A stretch of DNA of 20,000 nucleotides from sequence record SRR9188677_178. One strand, given 5' to 3'. The notes beneath the pieces are model-generated. The model was not told where the DNA came from. It did no database searches and worked only from the letters and a program-made list of their open reading frames with translations. Below, in pieces: positions 8,141 to 16,786 of the stretch (positions are counted from its first letter, which is position 1; each line of letters starts with the position of its first letter). A program made the position numbers and the translations under genes.

Positions 8141-9655
8141 ATGAACACTATTTCAGAAAATATCAAAATTGCAAGAACAGGCATAGAAGGGTTAGATGTT
8201 GTGCTTAAAGGCGGATTGCCTGCCGGCCGTTTTTATCTATTAGAAGGTGCCCCTGGCTCTGGAAAAACGACAGTTGCTATACAGTTTTTGATGGAAGGTT
8301 TGTCCAATGGTGAAAAGGTACTTTATGTAACTTTGTCAGAAACTGCTGAAGAATTATATGCAGTCGGGCAATCACATGACTGGAATTTAGAAACAATGCC
8401 ACTGTTCGAGTTAGCACAGGCAGATGTTGCACTAAGTTTTGATCGTGAACAAAGTATTTTGCATCCTTGGGAGGTTGAGCTTTCCGAGACTATTAAATTA
8501 ATCACTGATAAAGTTGAAGAAATAAAACCGAGTAGAGTTGTTTTTGATAGCTTGTCAGAAATGCGATTGCTAGCACAGGACTCGCTGCGCTATAGACGAC
8601 AGCTATTGATGCTTAAACAACACTTTGCCTCAAAAAAAATTACGGTTTTACTCGTTGATGATATGACGGGAAATGCTGGCGAACGTGATGTGCATCTACA
8701 CAGCCTCTGTCATGGAGTGATTACGCTAGAACGAAAAACACTTGAGTTCGGTGGAGCAACTAGGAAATTACAAGTTCAAAAGCTAAGAGGTGTTGATTTC
8801 ATAGCTGGCTTCCACGACTTCGCGATAAAAAAAGGTGGAGTAAATGTTTATGCAAGATTAATTGCCTCTAAATTTCATACTGAATTTTTAGAGGAGCCTG
8901 TTCAATCTGGAATAGATGAATTAGACAAATTGCTAGATGGAGGCATGCTAAAAGGCACTACTACACTGATTACTGGCCCTGCTGGCAGCGGTAAAACGAA
9001 TATTGCCCTTCAGTATGTTGCCGAAACTTGCAAGCGTGGTGAGCGGGCCGTTATCTATGAGTTTGATGAGCGTATCGGCACATTACTTACCAGATCAAAA
9101 CTTTTAGGATTTGATCTACAACAATATATAGCTTCAGGTCAATTAAACATCAGGCAGATGGATCCAGCCGAGATTACACCAGGTGAATTTGCGTGTTTAG
9201 TCAAAAAGGAGGTCGAGGAATTTGATGTGAAAATGATAGTAGTGGATAGCTTGGCAGGTTACATGTCCTCTATGCCACAAGAAAAGCAACTACTTCTTCA
9301 AATGCATGAAATGCTGTCTTATCTCAACCAACAAGGTATCGTTACCTTATTAATCAATCCGCAACAAAGCCTTGTAGGAACGATGTCGGTGACAGGTTTG
9401 AATGTTAGCTATATAGCCGATACGGTAATTTTATTACGCTTCTTTGAATTTGAAGGCAGGATCAGGAAAGCCATATCCATCATCAAAAACCGTGGTGGTT
9501 CTCATGAAGATACCATTCGTGAACTGAGAATCGACTCTAAAGGATTACGCATTGGTGAAGTGTTAGATGGCTTCAAGGGCGTGTTAACCGGTGTACCAGA
9601 TTACAAAGGCAGTTCAGATCAACTATTAGAACCACGCACAGATGATACCCAATAG
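8141..9655 (+). CDS. KaiC-like double-domain RecA-superfamily ATPase
   Basis: Two ATPase domains with Walker A GAPGSGKT and GPAGSGKT, TGIEGLD/SGIDELDKLLDGG starts, Walker B VVFDS/IVVDS, KLRG/KNRG arginine-finger regions, and VSYIADTVILLR at the KaiC phosphosite-equivalent position. Confidence 0.9.
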   Translation: MNTISENIKIARTGIEGLDVVLKGGLPAGRFYLLEGAPGSGKTTVAIQFLMEGLSNGEKVLYVTLSETAEELYAVGQSHDWNLETMPLFELAQADVALSFDREQSILHPWEVELSETIKLITDKVEEIKPSRVVFDSLSEMRLLAQDSLRYRRQLLMLKQHFASKKITVLLVDDMTGNAGERDVHLHSLCHGVITLERKTLEFGGATRKLQVQKLRGVDFIAGFHDFAIKKGGVNVYARLIASKFHTEFLEEPVQSGIDELDKLLDGGMLKGTTTLITGPAGSGKTNIALQYVAETCKRGERAVIYEFDERIGTLLTRSKLLGFDLQQYIASGQLNIRQMDPAEITPGEFACLVKKEVEEFDVKMIVVDSLAGYMSSMPQEKQLLLQMHEMLSYLNQQGIVTLLINPQQSLVGTMSVTGLNVSYIADTVILLRFFEFEGRIRKAISIIKNRGGSHEDTIRELRIDSKGLRIGEVLDGFKGVLTGVPDYKGSSDQLLEPRTDDTQ

Positions 9656-12113
9656 TTTAATGGGTAAATGCACTGTATTAATTCTCGCTTCATTTGGTAA
9701 AGATGCCGAATATTGTCTGGCATTGTTAGAAACTGCGGGTATTGAAGCTGATGTAATTCACTCAGTCCATGAATTAGCGCTTGCCATAAACGATAATACA
9801 GGCTCAATTTTGTTAACCAGCGAGTCAATTGCTCGAATCAATCTCAATGAATTAGTTGAAGCGTTGAATGCGCAACCAACCTGGTCAGATATTCCCTTTA
9901 TATATTTAGCGCCGGCTAGGCAAGTATCTTCTTCTACAAACAGTGTTGCAGTACGTAATCTATTGCCCGAAAGAATCTCGAATGTCATGGTTCTTGAAAG
10001 ACCGTTAAGTAGAGAGTCCTTAATTAGTGCCGTTAAGTGGGCATTATCTGCAAGACTCAGACAATACGTGATTCGTGATCAACTGGAACAGCTGAGGCAA
10101 ACATCTGAACAATTACGCGTTTCAAATGAACGTATCGATTTAGCACTCAATTCTGGCACGGTGTTAGGGACATGGATTTGGGATGTCCAACATGATGTTT
10201 TGACAGGTGATGAACGCTTAGCTAAAAGCTTTGGATCCAGCCCGGACGTATTCATAGAGGGAGTCGCTGTTGATACGTTTGTGCAATTAGTACATCCTCA
10301 AGATCAAGCCTATCTAAATCAGATGATTGCCAAAACAGTCCAAAATGGTGGAGTCTACCGAGCTGAATATCGTGTTAAAAATGGAGACGGTAACTGGCGC
10401 TGGGTTGAAGCCAATGGATATTGCGAATTAGACGCGCAGGGTGTGGCTATACGGTTTCCTGGTGTCCTGATCGACATAGATGAGCGTAAAAATGCAGAGG
10501 AGTCTTTAAAACAGAGCGAAAGTGAGCTTCGATTAGTCACAGACTCTTTACCTGTATTAATTGCATTTATTGATATGGAACGCCGGATCAAGTTTGTGAA
10601 CAATGCTTGCGAAACTTGGTTTTACAGACATGAGAGTGATCTCATTGGCAATCAGATCGATAATTTTTTAGTGGAAAGAACTAATCATGGTTCTTTAGAG
10701 CACATCGCTAACGCTCTAGCTGGCAAAATTGTTCACTGCGAACTTGTTTGGCCACATATAGACGGCAAAAGAAGAGAAGCCGAAGTAAGGTTTTTACCTC
10801 GATTGTCTGAAAGTGCTGTAGTTGATGGTTTCCACTTATTTGTAATGGAAATTACAGATCGGAAAATTGCAGAAGAGATTTACCACCAATCCCAGATCGT
10901 TTTAGAACAGCGCGTTGCTGAACGTACTTTAGCCTTACAAAAAGCTATGGATGAGCGATTGGCTGCAGAAGATGCATTGCGGCAGTCTCAAAAGATGGAA
11001 TCTGTCGGCCAACTAACTGGTGGAATCGCACATGACTTTAATAACTTACTTCAAGGTATCACCGGTTCATTGAACGTCATTAAAAAAAGTCTGCAACTCG
11101 GAAAAACTGTAGATGTTGAACGTTATATTGATAATGCCTTGAGTGCATCTTTCAGAGCGGCTGGATTGACGCATCGGTTACTAGCTTTTTCACGTAGGCA
11201 GCCCTTAGACCCTAAGCCTGTTCAAGTCAATCCTCTCATTAGAACTATGGATGATCTATTAATTCGAACGCTGGATGAAAAGATATCGTTTGTACTAGAT
11301 CTGGAAGATAAGCTATGGGAAACGCTTTGTGATATCAACCAATTAGAAAGTGCAATTCTCAATCTCGCCATTAATGCTCGTGATGCCATGCCTGATGGTG
11401 GTCAGTTAAAAATTTCTACACGCAATGTAGTTGAGAAGAAGTTTGCTAGCCAAGATGATGCCGAGTTTGTCAGAATCTCTGTCAGTGATACCGGTACTGG
11501 CATGTCACCTGATGTTATTGAACGTGCATTCGATCCGTTTTTCACTACCAAACCTCAAGGTCAAGGTACTGGGCTTGGTCTATCAATGATTTATGGTTTT
11601 ACCAGACAGTCCGATGGATTCAGTAAAATAGAAAGTACGCTGGGTGCCGGAACTACATTGCATCTTTATCTACCTAGACACCAAAGCCAACACGAGGCCT
11701 TGCCAGCCACTGAAGTCTCAAACTTTCCCAATTCAATTACAGCTGATGGGCAAGTCATATTGGTAGTCGAAGACGATGAAATAATCAGAGCCCTTGTTGT
11801 AGACGCCCTTGAAGATGTAGGCTTTAAAACTCTTCAAGCCAGTGATGGCCCTTCTGGTTTGGACATCTTAAAAAGCAAAGCGTCAATTAATTTACTACTC
11901 ACAGATATAGGTTTGCCCGGTTTAAATGGCAAACAAATTGCAGATGCTGCGCTAGTTGATAGGGCTGAACTAAAAGTTTTATTCATGACAGGTTATGCAG
12001 AGGCTGCAGTTGCATCCTCTGGATTTTTACGTGAGGGAATGGCATTAATCACTAAACCATTTGAAATGGAATCATTGATTACGAAAGTAACTGAGCTAGT
12101 TAAAATTATATAA
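9642..12113 (+). CDS. Cytoplasmic hybrid sensor histidine kinase (degenerate receiver-PAS-PAS-HisKA-HATPase-REC)
   Basis: PAS/PAC motifs (VHPQDQ...EYRVKNGDGNWRWV), H-box GGIAHDFNNLL, N-box NLAINARDAM, G-boxes DTGTGM/FDPFFTTK/GTGLGL, and a C-terminal receiver LLLTDIGLPG...KPF. It overlaps the KaiC-like gene by 14 bp. Confidence 0.93.
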   Translation: MIPNSLMGKCTVLILASFGKDAEYCLALLETAGIEADVIHSVHELALAINDNTGSILLTSESIARINLNELVEALNAQPTWSDIPFIYLAPARQVSSSTNSVAVRNLLPERISNVMVLERPLSRESLISAVKWALSARLRQYVIRDQLEQLRQTSEQLRVSNERIDLALNSGTVLGTWIWDVQHDVLTGDERLAKSFGSSPDVFIEGVAVDTFVQLVHPQDQAYLNQMIAKTVQNGGVYRAEYRVKNGDGNWRWVEANGYCELDAQGVAIRFPGVLIDIDERKNAEESLKQSESELRLVTDSLPVLIAFIDMERRIKFVNNACETWFYRHESDLIGNQIDNFLVERTNHGSLEHIANALAGKIVHCELVWPHIDGKRREAEVRFLPRLSESAVVDGFHLFVMEITDRKIAEEIYHQSQIVLEQRVAERTLALQKAMDERLAAEDALRQSQKMESVGQLTGGIAHDFNNLLQGITGSLNVIKKSLQLGKTVDVERYIDNALSASFRAAGLTHRLLAFSRRQPLDPKPVQVNPLIRTMDDLLIRTLDEKISFVLDLEDKLWETLCDINQLESAILNLAINARDAMPDGGQLKISTRNVVEKKFASQDDAEFVRISVSDTGTGMSPDVIERAFDPFFTTKPQGQGTGLGLSMIYGFTRQSDGFSKIESTLGAGTTLHLYLPRHQSQHEALPATEVSNFPNSITADGQVILVVEDDEIIRALVVDALEDVGFKTLQASDGPSGLDILKSKASINLLLTDIGLPGLNGKQIADAALVDRAELKVLFMTGYAEAAVASSGFLREGMALITKPFEMESLITKVTELVKII

Positions 12114-12316
12114 GGATTGCGATTGACTCCTAACTCAGCTACTGATTCTGCTCCTAAATTAAGCGATCAACAATTTCCAGAACCTTAACCTTTAATTGTT
12201 CTTGGCCAGGACGAGGTGCTTCAGCAACAGCAAGCCGAATTAAATCCTCTCAAGACACTAAGGTCTCTTGAAATTTGATTTCGAATAATATCCAGTTTAT
12301 CTCACTTCAAACAAAT

Positions 12317-12345
12317 AAGACCCAAGCCGTTAACTTTGAGTCTTT
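12317..12345. repeat. Hairpin repeat copy R4
   Basis: AAGACCCAAGCCGTTAACTTTGAGTCTTT, directly adjacent to a tRNA 3' relic as in R1. Confidence 0.75.
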
Positions 12346-12350
12346 ATCAT

Positions 12351-12388
12351 TGGTCACCCTCTGTGAGTCGAACACAGGACCAACTGAT
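12351..12388 (-). pseudogene. tRNA 3'-half relic ending in CCA, candidate att scar
   Basis: The - strand reads ATCAGTTGGTC-CTGTG-TTCGACT-CACAG-AGGGTGA-CCA: an intact T-arm and an acceptor 3' strand one nt shorter than canonical, with no 5' half. Confidence 0.75.
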
Positions 12389-12475
12389 AACTTATTGAGC
12401 CGACCATTTGATTTTTCTGTATATAAACTCATCAAATGATCGCTCAGCCGAAAGCCACTACAACATAATATCCAT

Positions 12476-13267
12476 ATGAAGATTGCCACTTACAACATTA
12501 ATGGGATCAATAATCGGATTGAGCGATTATTGGAGTGGTTAGCCGAAACAGAGCCTGATGCAGTGTGTCTCCAGGAGCTTAAGTCAGAAACGAATAAGTT
12601 TCCAGTCAAGGCTATTGAGAAAGCGGGTTATGGTGCTTTATGGCAAGGTCAAAAAGCCTGGAACGGTGTCGCTATACTTAGTAGAGATAGTGAGCCACTT
12701 TTAATACGCCGCAGCTTACCCGGAGACCCCGCTGACAAACAAGCAAGGTATATTGAAGCGGCTGTAAATGGATTGATTCTGGCCAGTTTATATTTGCCTA
12801 ACGGCAATCCCCAACCGGGCCCAAAATTTGACTATAAATTAGCCTGGTTTCAGCGGTTGAACGTTCATGCTAAAGAGCTTTTAGATACCGGTTTGCCTGT
12901 GGTTCTCGCTGGCGACTATAACGTTGTTCCAACCAATCTAGATATATACAAAACCACTTCATGGGACGACGATGCCCTTTTACAGCCTGAAAGTCGTACA
13001 GCATTCGCAGATCTGGTTAAGCAAGGCTGGACAGATGCATTGAGGTCATGTCATCCCAATGAAAGCATTTACACATACTGGGACTACAAACGAAATCGCT
13101 GGTCTCGAAATGCCGGATTGAGAATCGACCACTTGTTACTGAGCCCGGTATTGGCCGCAGGTCTCCGAAATGCAAATGTGGATAAGGATTATAGAGGCAT
13201 AGAAGGTGCCAGTGACCACGCGCCAACATGGGTGGAGTTTCATTGGGAGCCTGTGATTACAAACTAA
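12476..13267 (+). CDS. xth: Exodeoxyribonuclease III (AP endonuclease family)
   Basis: MKIATYNING, CLQELK, SLYLPNGN, GDYNV, YTYWDY...GLRIDHLL and SDHAP motifs. Confidence 0.93.
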   Translation: MKIATYNINGINNRIERLLEWLAETEPDAVCLQELKSETNKFPVKAIEKAGYGALWQGQKAWNGVAILSRDSEPLLIRRSLPGDPADKQARYIEAAVNGLILASLYLPNGNPQPGPKFDYKLAWFQRLNVHAKELLDTGLPVVLAGDYNVVPTNLDIYKTTSWDDDALLQPESRTAFADLVKQGWTDALRSCHPNESIYTYWDYKRNRWSRNAGLRIDHLLLSPVLAAGLRNANVDKDYRGIEGASDHAPTWVEFHWEPVITN

Positions 13268-13313
13268 TTTTTTTCATGAACTCCATTTGAGTTGAGATTC
13301 ATGCAAATCAAGC

Positions 13314-13706
13314 TTAGCCTTTATCAATTTTCTCAAAAATTTTAGTTAATTTGTCTTCCAAAGTTGCTGAGGTGAATGGCTTCACTACATAACCACTGGC
13401 TTTGGCTTGGGCGGCGGCAATAATATTTTCTTTTTTTGCTTCCGCCGTCACCATAAGAACAGGCAAATTACACAATTTAGGGTCAGCACGAATGTTTTGA
13501 AGCATAGTAAGACCATCCATATTAGGCATATTCCAATCAGACACTACAAACTCGAAATTACCGTCGCGAAGCTTTTCTAGCGCTTCAACACCATCTTCAG
13601 CTTCCTCTACATTGTTATAGCCGAGTTCCTTCAGTAAATTACGTACAATTCTTCGCATTGTAGAGAAATCGTCTACCACCAGAAATTTAGTATTTGGGTT
13701 ACCCAC
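13314..13706 (-). CDS. cheY: Chemotaxis response regulator CheY
   Basis: [64 protein letters not shown] closely match enteric/betaproteobacterial CheY. GTG start after a GGAG RBS. Confidence 0.93.
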   Translation of the reverse strand: MGNPNTKFLVVDDFSTMRRIVRNLLKELGYNNVEEAEDGVEALEKLRDGNFEFVVSDWNMPNMDGLTMLQNIRADPKLCNLPVLMVTAEAKKENIIAAAQAKASGYVVKPFTSATLEDKLTKIFEKIDKG

Positions 13707-14318
13707 TGTTACTCCACTGTTCTAAAAAGGTTTGATACTGGTTGATTCAAAATTGAGCTATTTGCAGCTTACTTGGGTGGAACTGTTGAAAAATAAATAG
13801 TGGGATTGTGCAGACTTTGAAAAAAAGTCATGAAAAGTAGATATGTATGCTAAATCAGTTTAACAGCACAGGCATTGTTAAAACATCCAATTTCATAATA
13901 TGAGTGGTAATACAACTAAAGAGTTTTACGACGGTGGGCACAAGAATGAATCGATGTAATCATTCATCGGTGCTACAAGGTAAGGAACTCCGGAAGAGTG
14001 TTCAGGTTTGATAGGTTGTTATTAGATAACATCGTAATATATGCACTAATGAAATGAGGACTACATCGGTGCGATTTTTGCTAATTTAGATGTTTCAATA
14101 GTGATATTATTTCCTACATTCTTCATGAAAGTATAGTTGTGACTGCATAATCGTGGGCCATCTTTTGATGGCTTTTTTTCATTCATTGATGAGCAACCAC
14201 ATATTTAAATTGGGTTGGTACAAGAAGCATTTTTCACAGCCATTATTTCTCGATATTGAGAGTAACAGAAAGGCTGTTTTTTTACTGAAGATTTATTTAA
14301 TAAAGCCGTTAAACGTGA

Positions 14319-16280
14319 ATGAAGTTCAGATCTCAAAATCGAGTTATTTATGCCTACGTCGCAATAATTGTTATACAGGGATGCACCAGTGTTTTTGCCG
14401 CATCCACCGATGTCACTGACATTCCTTTTGAAAACCTTATACAGACAGACATTATCACCGCATCGAGGATCGGCCAGCAGATTAGTAACGCGCCCTCTGC
14501 AGTCAGCACAGTCACTGCGGAAGATATTCGCAAATTTGGTTACCGAACTTTGGCTGACATTATCGGCAGCATGCGCGGGTTATATACAACCAATGACCGC
14601 ACCTACACCTATATGGGGGGGCGCGGATTCGGCCGGACCGGCGATTATGCTGGCAGGGTGATGTTGTTAATCGATGGCTACCAGGCCAATGACAATCTCT
14701 ACAACGCTGCCTACCTGGGCAATGACGGGCTACTGGATGCCGAGCTGATAGACAGGGTCGAATATGTTTCCGGCCCCGGTGGCGTCACTTATGGAAACGG
14801 CGCATTTTACGGCATCATTAATGTCATCACCAAAAAAGGCAGTGATATCAATGGAGTGCAAACTGCCCTGGATGCCGGCAGCTTTGGCAGCCAGAAGGAA
14901 CGGGTGACCTATGGCAAGACGTTGGCCAATGGCTTAAATATATTACTGTCAGCCTCACGGTTCGCCAGTGATGGCCAGACACATTATTATCCTGAATTTG
15001 ATTTCCCTGCCACCAATAATGGCCGAGCAGAAAACCTGGATGATGAGCGCAACCGACGTTTTTTTGGCAAGCTAATTTTTGATAAATGGACCTTAACAGG
15101 TGCATTCGTTAGCCGCCGTAAAAGTGATCCGACTGCACAGTTTGGTGCGGACTTTAATGTCAGCCCTAATTGGATCCAGGATAGCAACGGCTTTATCGAT
15201 CTCAAATACGACGCTGATTTCAACGCGCAGCATAAGGCTTCTTACCGAACCTATTATGGCCAGTATCAGTACCGTAGCCGTGCAGTGTTCACCGGGGAAT
15301 TTTATACGGAAAAAAATATGGGTCGCTGGTGGGGGGCAGAAGCAAAATTCACCAATACCAGCATCGCCAATCACAAGCTGCTCTATGGTGTCGAATACCG
15401 AAATGATTACCAGCAGGACTTTTACTTGCCAGATGCTTCGCTGGAGCACAGCCAGTACCTGATAAGTAGTTATGCGCAAGATGAATATCAGTGGCTGCGT
15501 AACGTGCGCTTGAATATGGGGGCTCGTTATGACTGCGGTGGAAAAAATGCCACTTTTGTCAGCCCGCGTGTGGCCGCTATTTATTCGGCAACCGAAGAAA
15601 CGGATGTGAAGGTTTCGTATGCTTCGGCATTCAGGAGACCGAATGTCTATGAGAAATACTATTCCGACCCCAGTTTTCTGCTACCGAACAGGAACCTGAG
15701 GAAAGAAACAGTGGATGCGACGGAATTGGTGATTGAAAGTCGTCCGGATAGCCAGACCAAAATACAGAATTCCTTTTTCTATTACACAACGCAAAACCTT
15801 ATATCCGCCAGCGAAGTAGGGGGACCAGGCATCATTCAGTATGGCAACTGGGATAAGGCCATCACCAGGGGGGCGGATATCGAGCTGGACCATTTCTGGA
15901 AATCTGGTATGCATCTGAAAACCAGTTATGCCTGGCAACTGGTTGAAGATGGCAATGGACAGTGGATGGTCAATTCACCCAGACATTTGTTCAAGTCCAA
16001 CTTTTCCATGCCATTACTCAGCAACCAGCTCTACCTCGGCGTGGAATTGCAATCGTTTGGCAAGCGTTTAAGCGAGCAGCGTAACGACATAGCTGGCTAC
16101 AGCTTAGTCAATGTCAGTCTGTCTTCCACACACCTGATTCCGCATGTGAATGTCAGTGCGACGGTGCGCAACCTGTTTGACCGCGATTATGCGATTGCCG
16201 CGTCGGGTTTCAATGCGCAGGAAACCATTCTTCAAGATGGCAGGAATATTTGGCTACAAATGGTGTATCAATGGCCATGA
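14319..16280 (+). CDS. TonB-dependent receptor (plug plus barrel) of the YfiR-associated type
   Basis: Signal peptide, ITASR...APSAVSTVTAEDIRKFGYRTLAD plug start, LLIDG and IDRVEYVSGPG..YG..A..GIINVITK plug motifs, and C-terminal VRNLFDRDY...GRNIWLQMVY. Confidence 0.9.
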   Translation: MKFRSQNRVIYAYVAIIVIQGCTSVFAASTDVTDIPFENLIQTDIITASRIGQQISNAPSAVSTVTAEDIRKFGYRTLADIIGSMRGLYTTNDRTYTYMGGRGFGRTGDYAGRVMLLIDGYQANDNLYNAAYLGNDGLLDAELIDRVEYVSGPGGVTYGNGAFYGIINVITKKGSDINGVQTALDAGSFGSQKERVTYGKTLANGLNILLSASRFASDGQTHYYPEFDFPATNNGRAENLDDERNRRFFGKLIFDKWTLTGAFVSRRKSDPTAQFGADFNVSPNWIQDSNGFIDLKYDADFNAQHKASYRTYYGQYQYRSRAVFTGEFYTEKNMGRWWGAEAKFTNTSIANHKLLYGVEYRNDYQQDFYLPDASLEHSQYLISSYAQDEYQWLRNVRLNMGARYDCGGKNATFVSPRVAAIYSATEETDVKVSYASAFRRPNVYEKYYSDPSFLLPNRNLRKETVDATELVIESRPDSQTKIQNSFFYYTTQNLISASEVGGPGIIQYGNWDKAITRGADIELDHFWKSGMHLKTSYAWQLVEDGNGQWMVNSPRHLFKSNFSMPLLSNQLYLGVELQSFGKRLSEQRNDIAGYSLVNVSLSSTHLIPHVNVSATVRNLFDRDYAIAASGFNAQETILQDGRNIWLQMVYQWP

Positions 16281-16786
16281 AGAAACCTCTGCTGTTGATG
16301 ATGGGCCTGCTGTGCCATCATGGCCATGCTCTTGCAGCGGCAATCCCCGAATTGGATATGCGCTCTGCCTACCTATATAACTTTGCTCAATTTACAGACT
16401 GGCCAGTCAATGATCATCCGACCTTCAATATCTGTACCTTGGAAAAAGTTAGCGATAGTATCAGCCCGGAAGTGCTGGCTAACAAAACGGTCCATGGAAA
16501 GAAAATCCGGCTTGCACGTTTTTCGGAATCGACGGATGCCTCCGAGTGCCAGTTGGTTTACCTAAATTCCTCAGACGCCGCCTATGTCGCAAAAATTGCC
16601 AAGATGCTGAGCACCGAGCATGTGCTGACCGTAGGGGAAGAATTTAACGGCAGCGGGCCTGGGATAATCAACTTGTCGATCAAGAACAACCGTCTAGTGT
16701 TTGATCTTGACCTCGCACGTGCGCGCAAAGCCAATATCTCTCTGAGTTCAAAATTGATTCCGCTTGCCCAGAAAGTGCATGAATAA
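16271..16786 (+). CDS. YfiR/DUF4154-family periplasmic protein
   Basis: SAYLYNFAQFTDWP...FNICT, CQLVY, VLTVGE, LVFDLDL..ARKANISLSSKLIPLA. ATG 16277 overlaps the upstream stop (ATGA); an alternative ATG is at 16271. Confidence 0.88.
   Translation: MAMKKPLLLMMGLLCHHGHALAAAIPELDMRSAYLYNFAQFTDWPVNDHPTFNICTLEKVSDSISPEVLANKTVHGKKIRLARFSESTDASECQLVYLNSSDAAYVAKIAKMLSTEHVLTVGEEFNGSGPGIINLSIKNNRLVFDLDLARARKANISLSSKLIPLAQKVHE

Noticed and set aside
8141-9655. Bona fide circadian clock kaiC
   Set aside because: No kaiA/kaiB in the window, SY instead of ST, and kinase-coupled context, so the gene symbol is withheld.
2354-12388. Functional tRNA genes at the two T-arm matches
   Set aside because: Only the 3' half is present: no 5' acceptor strand, D-arm or anticodon loop, and the acceptor 3' strands are degenerate.
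12307-12489. 60-aa - strand ORF
   Set aside because: It runs through the tRNA relic and hairpin R4 and overlaps the xth start, so it is most likely spurious.
14063-14090. Possible sigma28 promoter for cheY (- strand TAAA...ACCGATGT)
   Set aside because: The spacer is one nt short, the -10 is imperfect, and it lies about 350 bp from cheY.
14153-14419. 88-aa + strand ORF upstream of the TonB receptor
   Set aside because: It overlaps the receptor start out of frame, with no motif or clear RBS.
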